In this document: positions 1 through 14,124 of the stretch, piece by piece
Layout: the number at the start of each line of letters is the position of its first letter
How positions within the stretch are numbered: the first letter of the stretch is position 1
From: Macrostomum lignano
Lineage: Eukaryota
NCBI GenBank assembly: GCA_002269645.1
Contig: NIVC01004193.1
Coordinates: forward strand, 1 to 55,845
Length of the DNA stretch: 55,845 nt
Direction: 5' to 3'
The notes under the pieces: model-generated
What the model saw: the letters and a program-made list of their open reading frames with translations, nothing else
Databases searched by the model: none
Told to the model about the DNA's origin: nothing
Translations under genes and position numbers: made by a program

Positions 1-664
1 TGGGTATAATTTTTTATGTTTTCCTGGCTATTAGAATTTCTCCAGAGGCTCATCAGAAACTGTAAGAATATTATAAAATGCAATTAGATTGGCATGCAGT
101 GACAACATCCTCTTGTCTTCTCTAAGTTGGATTTGGGTTGAGTATTAAACCCGTACCCCCTACCTCAACTCCACTTTCTCCTCTCGAACTCTCCCGGGAC
201 ACCATGGGAGAAGATTTAAGCTCCCGAAGCCACGATCGAGGCAGTTGTTAGGCAAATTGCTGTGATTGAGCAATAAGTGCCCAGGCCCTAAAGCCCTCCC
301 CCTTATCATTAAAGGATTAGGCCTACCTGGCCTTCCATTCCAGCCGTGCGTTTACCCATGGGCATCGACCTCAATTATGACTAGGGTTAGTCTTGCCAGC
401 CCACTGCTGTCATTCCCGAGCGCACGCACTTGAGCACAAAACCCGACTCTGCTTAATCCGGTAGTCAATTAGGCCTGGTTTTGCTAGTTTTTGTTTCAGC
501 TCAATTGAGTTGAGTGCTCTATTTGAGCTTAGCATATCCCTCCTTTGGATTTCTCAGCTATTCCTGCACAAACTGCTCACTCACTGCTTCTCAGTGAATC
601 CGCGTGTTTTTTAACTTGTCATTTTGAATTTTTAGTCAAGTGATGTGAAACTATCAAACAAAGA

Positions 665-1022
665 GGGAGTGAGATAAGGGGTAGATAGGGAGTTGGATAA
701 GGGGTAGATAGGGAGTGAGATAAGGGGTAGATAGGGAGTTGGATAAGGGGTAGATAGGGAGTGAGATAAGGGGTAGATAGGGAGTGAAATAAGGGGTAGA
801 TAGGAGTGAAATAAGGGGTAGATAGGGAGTGAGATAAGGGGTAGATAGGGAGTTAGATAAGGGGTAGATAGGGAGTGAGATAAGGGGTAGATAGGGAGTG
901 AAATAAGGGGTAGATAGGGAGTGAAATAAGGGGTAGATAGAGAGTGAAATAAGGGGTAGATAGGGAGTGAAATAAGGGGTAGATAGGGAGTGAAATAAAG
1001 GGTAGATAGGGAGTGAGATGAG
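665..1022. repeat. 23-bp tandem minisatellite (GAGTGAGATAAGGGGTAGATAGG), about 15 copies
   Basis: The unit recurs every 23 nt (GAGT at 667, 690, 713). It explains the low-complexity minus-strand ORFs at 654-1152. Confidence 0.95.
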
Positions 1023-1251
1023 GGTGTTTGCCTTTGGTGGATAAGAAATGAAATAAAAAGGAGGGGTTAGCAAGAGAGTCAAACGTCATAAAACCGCGAT
1101 TAAAATTCTGCCCCATAAAATTATAGTTAATAAAAGTTCGCTGAAAATCCAAAGGCCGATTAACTGGCGGTAATCCATATTTTCAGTAAAATATTGTCAA
1201 GGCCTTAAAGCTTGTAACATAACATGGCAGCCAAAGCAGAAATGCTGCCAG

Positions 1252-1369
1252 AAGGTCGGGGGTTCGATTCTCGATCCACTTGGAAAAAATTTGTGTCCTT
1301 AACCAAGACACTTAACTCTGCATTGCTTCAGTTCACCCAGCTGTAAAATGGGTGCCAGCATTAGCTGGG
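1252..1369 (+). mobile_element. Truncated copy of tRNA-derived CORE-like SINE
   Basis: Shares GGTCGGGGGTTCGATTCTCGA (B box) and CTCTGCATTGCTTCAGTTCACCCAGCTGTAAAA.GGGTGCCAGCATTAGCTGGG with the copy at 3314-3650. Confidence 0.85.
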
Positions 1370-1769
1370 TCTCTTGGTGGGCGCCCCCTGCCTCTTGGTG
1401 GACGCCCCTGTTTCTTGGTGGGCGCCCCAAGCTGTCTCTTGTCGGTGCGATCAGGGGTCTCTCCCTAATGTGATTATGCAAGTGTCCGTAATTACGTAAT
1501 TCGCCCAGAAAAGACAGTCGAGTTCGAGTATTACTATTTTTTCTCTCTTGGAGCAAGTAGTGCTGCTTAAAATACGAGTAATTGTCGCGCAATTATTGGC
1601 GCAACAAAGAGAGACACCACCTGCGTCTTATTGCGCCCGTGAAACAGCGCTTATACAATTTTAGGATTTCTTCCTGTGTTTTCCCCAAATCGTTCTGCGC
1701 ACATTGAGTGCAGCTGTAGGATATCTGGAAATTGGCGAAACTGCTATAGCAAAGCTTGCAGAGGCAATT

Positions 1770-2402
1770 TAGCACTCCATATATCACCCTAGCACTCCAT
1801 ATGTCACTTTAGCACTCCATATATCACCTTAGCACTCCATATGTCACCATAGCACTCCATATATCACCTTAGCACTCAATATATCACCTTAGCACTCCAT
1901 ATACATGTATCACCATAGCACTTCATAGATCACCTTAGCACCCTATAGGTCACATTGCAATCCATAGACCACATTAGCACTCCAGAGATCACATCAGCAT
2001 TCTATAGATCACATTAGCACTCCATAGACCACATTAGCACTCTATAGATCACATGAACTCCATAGATCACCTTAACACTCCACAGATCACCTTAGCACTC
2101 GACAGATCACCTTAGCACTCCACAGATCACCTTAGCACTCCGTAGATCACATTAGCACTCCACAGATCACCTTAGCACTCCACAGATCACCTTAGCACTC
2201 CGTAGATCACATTAGCACTCGACAGATCACCTTAGCACTCCACAGATCACCTTAGCACTCCGTAGATCACATTAGCACTCCACAGATCACCTTAGCACTC
2301 CACAGATCACCTTAGCACTCCGTAGATCACATTAGCACTCCACAGATCACCTTAGCACTCCATAGATCACCTTAGCACTCCACACATCACCATATCACTC
2401 CA
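1770..2402. repeat. 20-bp tandem minisatellite (TAGCACTCCAYAGATCACCT), about 31 copies
   Basis: Direct 20-nt periodicity, most homogeneous at 2080-2390. Confidence 0.95.
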
Positions 2403-2976
2403 TTTTCCCTTCAACGCTGCGGCTCTAGACGATGCCAGTTGCGAACGAATTTCAGATTAAATGGACTCATTTTTTAAAAGATGAAAAAAATGAGCAAGCA
2501 AGACTCATAGTCCTCTAAAAAAGCCTCTGGAAACTAAATTAAGTAGGTGGGCGCGAGCTCGGCTTAAACCAGCTGGCGCAATTATTCTGCGGGCCATAAA
2601 TAAATGCGATTTATGCAATGATGACACGAAACACCCATCAACCAGGGCCGTCCATCAGGCGCAGGTAGCGCTGATTGCTGCCTATAGATAATCGAAGCGC
2701 AGGTGCTTTAGAAAATTACCAAGGCAAAATACTTCGAGAGTTTTGGAGGACGGTCCAGCCAATCACAATCAGGGGGCTCATCAAAAATTGGACGAGAATT
2801 CTCGAAATCGTTTACCGCGTGTTCCAGGTGCGGCAATCCAGGTGAGGGGTTGGGGGGGGGCTATAAATTGTCGCGTGCCCACGCGGTTGCTGGCCTCCAC
2901 GCGCCGCGGCGGAAGCACTCGAGCAGGAGCAGGAAGATTTTCAAAGACGACCCACAGCAGTTGGCGACTTCTACAG

Positions 2977-4290
<1,314 letters not shown>

Positions 4291-5299
4291 CTGCTGGGCC
4301 TGGGGCTGCACCAGCAGCAGCAGCAGCAACATCAGCAGCACCAGCAGCAGATGGGCGCCATCGGAAGCAGCCGAAACAGCAGCGGCGAGTGCAGCAGCAT
4401 TTAGAGGTAGCCATTTTGAAATCATCGAATATGCGTCAGAGGCAAAGAAGGCTGACTGGTGTGTTGCAATTGAAACAACTAACTCTGTTGCGTTCCAATA
4501 GGCTCACCGGTTTCACTTTCGCTCGGTGTTGTAGTATCATGCGTTTTATTTATTCCACTACACAGCAGTTTTGTTACTTAACAGGTCACCTCACAGGTTC
4601 ACGTTTGGCGAAGTTTGTGTTTCCAAGTATTCGACCATTTTTTCAGATGAAGCCAGTGCACATTTCGTACGAGTACAGTAAATTTGCGAGGTCCACAAAA
4701 TTCTGGCTTTTAATTCTGACGCACTCTCAAAGCACAGCCCTTTATTTTTCTCATGGCTTCAGCACAGCAGTTTCATAGAATATCGATTTTGTTACGAGCG
4801 TATTTGGTTGTCGCGACTTTGTCGTTTGATCAAATTTGTCTTTTCGCAATCGTTTTTCTGCCTTCGATGTACGCAACCTTCATTTTTTCTATATAACAGA
4901 ACCGGCTCCTTCCCTCAGTAACTCAGTTTGCTGCACCTTTTTTTATCAATTTTTTACTTTGCTTCGATTTTCTCGTCTTAAAGAGTCTCCGAGTTTGTTT
5001 GATGTGAAAATTTTACTTAAAGTATTAGCTATGTACTATAAGCACGAAATCCGTTTTCATTCGAATGGAATCTGTTATTCCTACAACACATTTTTATAAA
5101 ATATGACTTGCCAACAAAGACTTGTCAGGGTCACAAGAGATTTTCGCGACAATTACAGTCACCGGCACAGCTGAGCCCCAAAATTGCAGAGAGTGGCGGC
5201 TCATCAACATCTGCCTACCTGCAGTTCTGAGCAGCGCGTTGCAAAGCGCCATTACTTGGCAGAGCGTTTTTCTTCGCTTTGATAACTAACACTCCATTC

Positions 5300-5780
5300 T
5301 CACTCCATCAAGGCTGAATCCCACTCCGTGAAAGCTGAGTCTCACTCCGTGAAAGCTGAGTCTCACTCCATTAAGGCTGAATCTCACTCCGTGAAAGCTG
5401 AATCTCACTCCGTGAAAGCTGAATCTCACTCTGTGAAAGCTGAATATCACTCCATAAAAGCTGAATCTCACTCCGTGAAAGCTGAATCTCACTCCATGAA
5501 AGCTGAATCTCACTCCATCAAGGCTGAATCTCACTCCGTGAAAGCTGAATCTCACTCCATGAAAGCTGAATCTCACTCCATCAAGGCTGAATCTCACTCC
5601 ATCAAGGCTGAATCTCACTTCGTGAAAGCTGAATCTCACTCCATCAAGGCTGAATCTCACAGCGTGAAAGCTGAATCTCACTCCATCAAGGCTGAATCTC
5701 ACTTCGTGAAAGCTGAATCTCACTCCATCAAGGCTGAATCTCACTCCATCAAGGCTGAATCTCACTCCGTGAAAGCTGAA
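5300..5780. repeat. 21-bp tandem minisatellite (AAAGCTGAATCTCACTCCRTS), about 23 copies
   Basis: 21-nt periodicity; produces the spurious KAESHSV and VRFSFHG ORFs. Confidence 0.95.
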
Positions 5781-6060
5781 TTATTATCCATAAAAGTTAA
5801 GATCTTATCTAACCAGCTAATCAATGCTGAATCTTATAATCAACAGTCGCTACAGACAGACAATTATTAGACAATTAGTAGGGAATGCCGAAAGAAAATT
5901 GTAGAATAATTCGTAGTCTTGTAGTCTCATACGGTGAAAAATGCAACTGTTACGAGCGTGCACGTAGTTGGAACGCCAATTTCAGCTAATTACTGGACAC
6001 TGCGTTCTGATGACTGATGGCATACAGCTATTTGGACCTATCAACCACCTGATCTCACTC

Positions 6061-6361
6061 ACTATCCACCTCCTTATCGCACTTCATCCCATGCTCTATC
6101 CACCTCCTGATCTCATGCTCTATCGAACTTCTTATCTCATGCTCTATATACCTCCTCATCTCCTCATGCTATATGCAACTCCTGATCTCATGCTCCATCC
6201 AACTCCTGATCTTATGGTCTATGCAACTCCTCATCTCATGCATATCTACCTCCTCATCTTATGCTCTATGCAACTCCTCATGCCATGCTCTATCCGCCTC
6301 CTCGTCCCATGCTGTATGCAACTCCTCATCTCATGTTTATATCCAACTCCTCATTTCATGC
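6061..6361. repeat. Degenerate 24-bp tandem repeat (ATGCAACTCCTCATCTCATGCTCT), about 12 copies
   Basis: The CTCCTCATCTCATGCTCTAT core recurs at about 24-nt spacing. Confidence 0.85.
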
Positions 6362-7130
6362 AGATTAGATAATGATAAATTAATCAGAATTAAAATAAAG
6401 CTTTGACACTCTAAGAATGCTACTATGAGTAAAAAGGTTAATATTCTGGGTAGAAAATTTCATTGGAAATCTGTGCAGACAGTAATTAGCTCGTACGCTT
6501 TGCTTAGTAAAACTTCTGACGGGAATTTACTACAGTCAGAATATATAAAAGTCATCTCTTATTTCCAAATTCCAGCCGACTAAGAAGATTTCGCTCATTC
6601 ATTTCCTCGTTTACGGCACTAAACTTAATATGCAGGACTCTACCTACATGCCTCTTGATTTACAATTTTTTGATGCACTTTATATTCCCTGACGGAGTTA
6701 AAGAAGCGTCTGCAGGCTCATATACTTGAAAATGACATGAAAGACTTGGAATAGATTTACAGATAAACACAACCTAAAAGACGTAGGCTCTGATAGATGC
6801 CAATTAATTTTGGCATAAAGCTAGCTATATAAACTTTTAAAAATCAAAGAAAAGAGATGAAGCTCGAGGAAACGCCAGCCTGATCATCAGCAAGATTCGA
6901 GCCGGAGAGAGGATTAATACATGCATACTTTTATGCGCTCTCTTTATGCCCCTCCCCCAGGCTAGTTACCGGGAAAAGAAAAAAGCCTTCGAAAGAGATG
7001 CATAAAAGCGCAGAAGGATAGGTCGTGACTAAGGGAAAACTGTCCGTGATCTCTTAGGAACAAATATGCCAGAGAACCACTCAAATCAGCTTTGCAAAAA
7101 TTGAAGAAAAAGTTCCCTTTTGATCAAGCC

Positions 7131-7592
7131 ATGAAATCTTTGTCTTGGAAGCTGCAAGCTGCCATGCTGTTGATGACAGCAATATTTTATAGAACCGAGT
7201 CACTGCTGGCCTCGTCAAGAAGGCAGAAGTACCAGCCCGACATTACAACCAACAACAATTTTGAGCTGACAACGACAATGAGAAGCAACCCAGACGACAT
7301 CAATACTGTCGATGATAGCAACGATCAGCATGTCGGCATTGGACGAGCAATTCATAGCTACTATTTTGTCATTGTACCACTGTCTGCGCTTATTCTAGTA
7401 TCGCTAGCTTGCGTTAATAAGCGCAGACACGTTGCGCACTGCTTTCAAGGCGGCGGCGGTTCTATTGGAGGAGACCAGCAGGGGAATTTCGAGTCTGTAG
7501 CAGCAGCGAACTATTCAGCTGGTGTCAGTCGTGCTGAGGGCCAGCAACTCTGCTGCAGGCTCCGGGACGTGCGCGACCGCAGTCCCTGCTGA
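7131..7592 (+). CDS. Putative small type I membrane protein (orphan), about 153 aa
   Basis: GCCATG start, hydrophobic N-terminus (AAMLLMTAIFY), Thr/Asn/Asp-rich segment, and a TM-like YYFVIVPLSALILVSLACV followed by NKRR. No family recognised. Confidence 0.35.
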   Translation: MKSLSWKLQAAMLLMTAIFYRTESLLASSRRQKYQPDITTNNNFELTTTMRSNPDDINTVDDSNDQHVGIGRAIHSYYFVIVPLSALILVSLACVNKRRHVAHCFQGGGGSIGGDQQGNFESVAAANYSAGVSRAEGQQLCCRLRDVRDRSPC

Positions 7593-8157
7593 CCCCAACA
7601 GGAGACAAAAGTTTCGCCAGACTGTCCGATTCCAGTTTGAACGCCTTCAAATGAGCAAACCTTTGGATTTGAATATTTTGCTTTTTTAGTTCCCAAGAAG
7701 ACCTCGTATTCCTTTCAGAACTTTAGGAAGCTTTGTTGCATAAAGAAAACTCATCAATAAGTTTATAAGACTAAAAATACAATCGTTTCTATTTGATTCT
7801 AACAAAGTACAGACTTCCTGATAATTTCATCTTGATAGGCTAAGCTACTTGCAGTAATTTCATGGAAAATCCTGCGGATCTACAGTGCCTGTGAACTAAA
7901 GACAGATCCGTAACCATTGACAACCAATTGTTTATAGTGCGCCAATGTTGCAAAATACAAAGCCATGCATTAATTTGATTGGGTCGCAACGAGACAAATA
8001 TGGGTGGCACCTGACGTTTTACTAAGAGTATTTAATCTGGGCGAAGAGCAATTGAACGGACCATCGCGTTGGACTGAGAGTAAAAAAGCGAACTAGAAAC
8101 TATAGTAGGCATTTAGATAGAACTCTAATACACACGGGTCCAATTCGATCTCTTTAA

Positions 8158-10716
8158 ATGGAGATCAGTGTGCAGGGTATATCGGACTTCGTCCGTTCAA
8201 CAACGGCGCACGGCTTCAGCAGAATCCACAGCAGCGAATCGCTGCCAGTGAAGCTAATGTGGACGCTGTTTTTAGTAACAGCGCTAGGCGGCTTCAGCTA
8301 TCACCTGTCGCAACTGGTCCTGACCTTCATGAGCACCCCAGTGTCTGCCAACATCAGTCCCGGCGCGATTCCATTTGAGACGCCCGACATCACCGTCTGC
8401 GGAGTGACTCCGATTTCTTACTCAAACTACTACGAGACCGTGGCCAAGCATCCGAGTGTCTACGCCAATCTGTACTCATCGGCCGCTCAGCTGGCCTACA
8501 TCAGCACGATGGTTGGCCTAGGTGGCCAGTACGAGACCCTCATGCCAATCGCCAAGGACATGTTCGATCCGAGCTTTTTATTGAGATACCTTGGCACTAG
8601 GCAGGAATATTTTATAGTGAAGTGCACGTACAAAGGCTACAATTGTTCGTTTACTGATTTTGAAAACTATTGGGTGAGCGAATATGGAAATTGCTTCAGA
8701 TTTTCGCCGTCAGCGACGCTACTAAATCAGACTAAGGAAATAGCAGAGTTTTCGCTTGAGCTGGTAAGTCCAATAATAATGTTTCTTTCAAAGATGGGTT
8801 TCTATGAAGAGAGACTGATTTCTAAAGACCAGCAAGAATAGAATGTGAAAGCGATCACACCTAAAGATGAGTTCTAGAACTCAGTGGCTTCACTGACGAA
8901 GGGTAAAGACTTCAGACAGCGAACAGGTTTGGGTCTGTCTTGAGTTCAAATGTATATGTAACTATGATGATTTCATTGTACTACAGGTACTTTTCACGGA
9001 CAATTACCCAGTGCTTGGCAATCCGGAGTCCCTGACAATCTACGGTCGCCTGACAGCCGGCGTCACCTACGAAGGCATCTACGATGTGTCCAAATCTGGC
9101 GGAGCGATATTGTTCTACGGTGAAAAGGATCATTTTCCGCGAGACTACATCAACCTGTCGCCAGGCGTGCACTCATACGTCGACTTTGAGATGGTTGAAT
9201 ATCAGTAAGCGCATATAAACACGCTTGATTTGGGAAATTCATGCCTTTGTTCTAGATTTGTAGATTTGTAGCTTTTGTAATATAGATCTATTGAGAAATG
9301 GTGTCTTATTGTTTTTTAACAAAAAGACAATCGCTCAAAGCAAGGTATAAACAGGATGCAATTTAATATTCTTTCAATCTTTCCTATTCCCATTCACCCG
9401 GGCGGCAACGTCTTTGAACACCTTATTTTTGTTAGTTACGTGAGCCGCAACTCAAAGAAGTGCAATCCGGACGACCAGTCCGTCTACTACGAAGACGCGG
9501 TGAAGAACCGGATCAAGTTTGTCAAAGGCAAGCAGGACTGTCAGTACCGCCAGCTATTAGAAAAGATTCTCAATGATTGCAAGTGCCTGTCAAGCGGAGT
9601 AGCGCCAGCCTACGCCAACGCCACGGAGGTTGTTAACGGTACGAAATGTCATTACATCTCCATGGCAACCAATGCGACGGAATTCAAACGCCGAACGCAG
9701 TGCGATGCGAATACGACTATCTTTTGAGGCAGAGCACGCTATTTAACGAGATGACGGAGTGTGTAAACAACTGCAAGGAAAGAATCTACACGCCAATACT
9801 ATCAATGGCTTCTTGGCCACTGAACAGTTTAGCTGTGTATTGCAAGAATAACATTATGCAAGACCACATCAATCGGATGCTGGAAATGAACTATACAGTG
9901 CCAGATGTGTTCTACTATTTTAGGAACAATCTAACAACGGCCGATGAGGTGAATAAGAATTACTTATTCCTGTCTAACTCTCAAGACTCGATTAATAGAA
10001 TTGGGGAGCAATTAAAGAAATACAGCAGCTTAGCTAGCATTGGTCCAGAATGTTAAGTGGCAAAATAAACTAAGTACGGGAGACAAGTGGATATATACGA
10101 TGATACAAAGGCCAGACATAATAAAAAGCACTTTTAAAAACTTCATTCACAAACAAGCGATGGAAACAATGGTGCATCTGCAGTTAACTTGCCATAATTA
10201 CCCGATTTAAATCTGCAGGTTCAGACAAAGTTTGCCAGCAACTTTGCCCAAATCAGTTTAGGCGCTTATCGTTCGTTCAGCATGATGGTGGAGGAAGTAG
10301 AGGCCTACATGCTGTCGAATCTTTTCTCAGACATTGGCGGCATTCTCGGTCTGTACTTAGGCATGTCTGTTCTAACCATTTGCGAACTATTCGAACTAAT
10401 GTTTGTTATATCAGCCGAGCTGCGCACAGCCTATCAAGGATACAAGGAGCGCATCGAGTGGAAGACCAAATTCATGCAGAGCCGCGCCCTGACAACAGCC
10501 GTAGCGCGCTTTGTGGCTTCGGCTCGGAGTAGGTCAGGCGCGAACAACAAAGCAGCGCCTACGAAGCCTACCTCCATGCCAGGCCAAGTGCCCTCCGCGG
10601 CTTCGAGTACATCAACTATCCAGGCCTGGGAGAAGGAGATCGCCAACAATATGGGCACCGGAAACGCTAGGAGCAAATTGACACCTGTGGAGATGACCAG
10701 CAGCAGTGGAAAATAA
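8158..10716 (+). pseudogene. DEG/ENaC amiloride-sensitive channel, 4 exons (8158-8763, 8987-9204, 9436-9948, 10219-10716), frameshifted by a 5-bp duplication at 9701-9710
   Basis: N-terminal TTAHG motif, TM1, PDITVC, YGNCFRF, Cys-rich thumb, MASWP, and pre-TM2/TM2 EAYMLSNLFSDIGGILGLYLGMSVLTICE with a GxS filter. All junctions are GT-AG. The frame closes (1830 nt, 609 aa) only if one TGCGA is removed. Confidence 0.85.
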
Positions 10717-11639
10717 AACCCGAACCGGATTGAAAATTTTATGAGACAGCTAATTGGCTAAGCGAATTAACATTAAACGAAGCAGATCAAGAACACGAAT
10801 GGCACAGTTTTTTACGCAACAGAAGCACACTTTCAAGTCCTTAAAATCACTGCATCTTTACTTTAGAATACGCGCCACCTCCTGCACTTTTAGTCAGCAA
10901 ACATATTTTTTTGGCAAATGTGACATAAGGGCCAAAGTTTTTATCTTAGTACAAAGTACTTGAATCCAATGTTAATCGCGAGAAAAACAATTTTATTCAA
11001 ATCTATACTGACGGTTTATAACTTGTCTATATTAAAGCAACCTACAATAACTCTCAACACTATTACTATGTGTTTAATCTGACTTGACCAGCACATGTTA
11101 TTCGTTTCAACTTTTATCACCGTCTATCCAAAGTAAAAAGCCGAAATATTGACCTTGAAACTTTTATTTCTTCAACCTAAATAAACGGAGAAATAAATAA
11201 TAAACACACTGATATAAATTACACTAAGAATTAAAAAACTGGACGCACAATTCAGCTGTAGCTGGTACACAAGTGCCAATTCAATTGCCTGTTTATTAAG
11301 TTCACCAGGTTAACAAAAATTACGGTACTTGAAAACGCTTGAAAAAAACACTTATTGGTTTCACTTTAGCGAGTTGTAACTCTTACTGTAGATCTGTATA
11401 CTTCTACAGAAATATTACTTCAAGTTTTCTAGTACGTTAGTTGTCAGAAAATGCCAATTAAATTTAATTTTTGCGATTGAAAAGTAGTTGACACGTTCGA
11501 TTTACAAGAGTCACTGAGTCTCAATCGTCGCAAATTCCTTGACAAAGAAATTCAAGTATTCAACCTGATACTTGGAACATTAAAATCAGCCAACCAGAAA
11601 CATTTTGCATGATTGGAAATGAAAAGTCTTGCTCAAAGT

Positions 11640-11831
11640 TTACACATAGTTGAGCAGTTTCTCAATCAAATCCACATGCGATAGCAGCATCCGGCGACAG
11701 CAATACCGATTAATTTTGAGCATGTCCAGAGCGTCGCCTTCGCCATAGCCGCCCTGCAGCATATTAATAAATTGTTCCCATTTGTCGCCAACAACTTTGC
11801 CGCAGGTGAAACAACGAATTGGGATAATCAT
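11640..11831 (-). CDS. POLR2L: DNA-directed RNA polymerase I/II/III subunit RPABC5 (RPB10), 63 aa
   Basis: [19 protein letters not shown]...[21 protein letters not shown] carries the CxxC and CC zinc ligands of RPB10. The true start is taken at MIIP (11831). Confidence 0.95.
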   Translation of the reverse strand: MIIPIRCFTCGKVVGDKWEQFINMLQGGYGEGDALDMLKINRYCCRRMLLSHVDLIEKLLNYV

Positions 11832-11917
11832 TATTAAGCTCGATTTAGGCAAACTTCTAAGCGCATGAAAAGACGATGTAAAATGCAATTTTTTACTAAT
11901 AACAGTAAAAATTATTG

Positions 11918-12118
11918 ATTACACCTGCCCTAATGGCCTGATGTGCAACCGACAGCTCAACCGCAACTATTGCGCTGCGCATTTGAAGGCTTCGTACGGT
12001 TGTTCAGTCACAGGCACACCCTTAATTACCCCAGCAATGCAGAGTTGTGCGTCTTGTTCAATGACACAAACGTGGGTCTAGAATCGAACCCCCGACCTTT
12101 CAGTCGTGAGTCGGACGT
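11918..12118 (-). mobile_element. Internally deleted copy of the same SINE, upstream of RPB10 (probably in a 5'UTR intron)
   Basis: The reverse complement matches the 3314 copy (GACTCACGACTGAAAGGTCGGGGGTTCGATTC ... GGCCATTAGG). The CORE 3' half is removed between two GCT microhomologies. Confidence 0.85.
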
Positions 12119-13210
12119 TACTGTTAAGAAGAGTCAACAATCAAACCTAGGTCTCTGGGTTCTATGCATAAAAGTAGTATGATTAGGATATAACAAACAT
12201 TCTATACATCCTTTACTAAAGCATAGATCGACAAAGAAAAGTACTTAGTGCCATATTGAAGTTCACATACTGGGTAATTATCATTTTATGTTAGGGAGCC
12301 GGTTTGGACTTGAGTAGGCAGCAATTATCTTACCAATTTGTAGAACAATTTTGCGCCATAAATACCATCGTTATATAAATTGCTCCCCTCCCCCGCAAGA
12401 GACTGATTGGGCAATTACCTGTAAGTACACTGGATGCAATTGCTCAATCATAACTTATAAGGGCCACATGTGGCGCTTTTACTAAACGCCCCCTCCTCAC
12501 ACCAAGACTAACTAAGCGTCTAATTTCGCTATTGCAACATTTTTCATAGGGCCTGCTTTGTAAGTTAGCAGAAGGGGCATCTGTCTGACACTTGCTTGTT
12601 TGTCTTGATAGGTTCGGGCATACTACTAGTAAGTCATAATAATAACTCGATGGCGCCAGGAATGAAATACAAAAATGAAGCAAATCAAACACACCACATT
12701 ATCTGCTCTAAAGCCGTGCAAGCACTGGTAAAATGAAGCGCATTTTCTCTGACATTTATTGCTGCAAATTAAAGAGACGAAAAAAGGTAAAAACTTAAAA
12801 ATGCTATAATCTGTTTTGCTTAATTCAACTAGACAATTTAATAGAATATTGGACAGCACCGGCACTTTTTCGGGGATGCACTGAAGTGGTGATTTTTGAA
12901 AGCACTTTTCACATGTAGAAAGCAAGTGTTGTGAGAGACAATTGGATTAAATAAACTGTGGATTTGGATGACAATTTAGAATTGGTTTGTAGAAAAAAAC
13001 GCACAATCAGGATGGTCCAGAAAGGTCTCCTGGATAGCAAACTGAGTTTTATCTGAACTGGGTGGATGAGTATCTGTTTCTTTAAATAAACACCATTTTT
13101 CTATCCGGGAGACCTTTTTGCACCAACCATGTACTTTCTATTGTTCAAACTGAAAAGGACTCTGTAGACTTTTGATTGTTTATAGTCTCACAATCGAGCA
13201 ATTCAGCAGT

Positions 13211-14124
13211 TTAGCTGTAGACAATGAATGGCAGGATTTTATTCTCCTTGTTGTCATCTTTGGCAGCCGGAGACAAGGCCGTTGTAACAGTGGAATTAGA
13301 GGCATTAGCAGCAGTTTTAGCAGACACAACCAGCTGCTTATAGTAGCACCATAGCGTACCAACATAGAAAGCTTCAAAAGTTACACAGCCAACTATGAGC
13401 GCCAATAGGAAGGCAAGACAGCAGCCAGTAAGATTATTAACCGCTAATTCCATTGGCCAGACGGCACGTCCAGCTAAGCCGTAGCTAACAGCCGATGTAG
13501 CCATAGACAGTATGGTGCACAATATGCCAGTCAGTTGAGCACACATTCCAGGCAGCATGCACACTGGCTGAACAGCTGTGACACCGTATAGCATGCCCAG
13601 ATGGAGGGCAAGCAGTGACAGGCTACTGCATAGGAACAGCTTAATGTCTTTACTGTCGAATCCGAATTCTTCAAGGCGGCAGGCCAGGCTGGGGCTTAAT
13701 GGAGAGTTTGAAAGGTTGTGTTGCAATTAATAAAACAACTCCTACAATCAAATGCAAATTTATTACCTCAAGGGTAAGATAGGAGCGACTGACTGCGGAA
13801 CAGAGGAGAGACAAGACGAGAGAAGAGAGATAGGGGATTAGAGAGAAGAGAGCTGAGAAGAGACACAAACCTTGAGCGGGCCGGATTTCTGTAAGAAATT
13901 TCAAAGGACCCGAGGGCCAGATACAGATAGAGAGGCTTTGCAAGTTGACTGACCCCTGACCTATTAATTAAGTGTAAGTTCTTTTCGCTGCATAAAAAAC
14001 CTTGATATTGTATGTCTTACCTCACAATAGGCGCAAATGATAGACAAGTCAGCAAAACGAATGCCGCAATGTGGCCAGCAATCATGATCAGGACATGCAA
14101 GCGAATTTCGCTACCTTGCTTCAT
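13211..14124 (-). CDS. Putative four-TM membrane protein (claudin/PMP22-like topology), 3 exons (14124-14021, 13960-13871, 13694-13211), about 225 aa
   Basis: GT-AG junctions have consistent phase 2/2 and total 678 nt. There are four hydrophobic segments, with a longer loop after the first. The family assignment rests on topology only. Confidence 0.5.

Noticed and set aside
654-1152. Pro/Leu/Tyr-rich minus-strand ORFs
   Set aside because: They are translations of the 23-bp minisatellite.
2743-2976. Upstream TTG-started extension of HMX exon 1
   Set aside because: It has a non-ATG start and no HMX-like motifs; the ORF-track version also reads into the intron and SINE.
5286-5870. KAESHSV and VRFSFHG repeat proteins
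   Set aside because: These come from a 21-bp minisatellite open in several frames, with no supporting splice or start context.
11832-11888. 19-aa N-terminal extension of RPB10 in the ORF track
   Set aside because: RPB10 conservedly starts at MIIP, and the extension crosses a likely splice acceptor at 11857.
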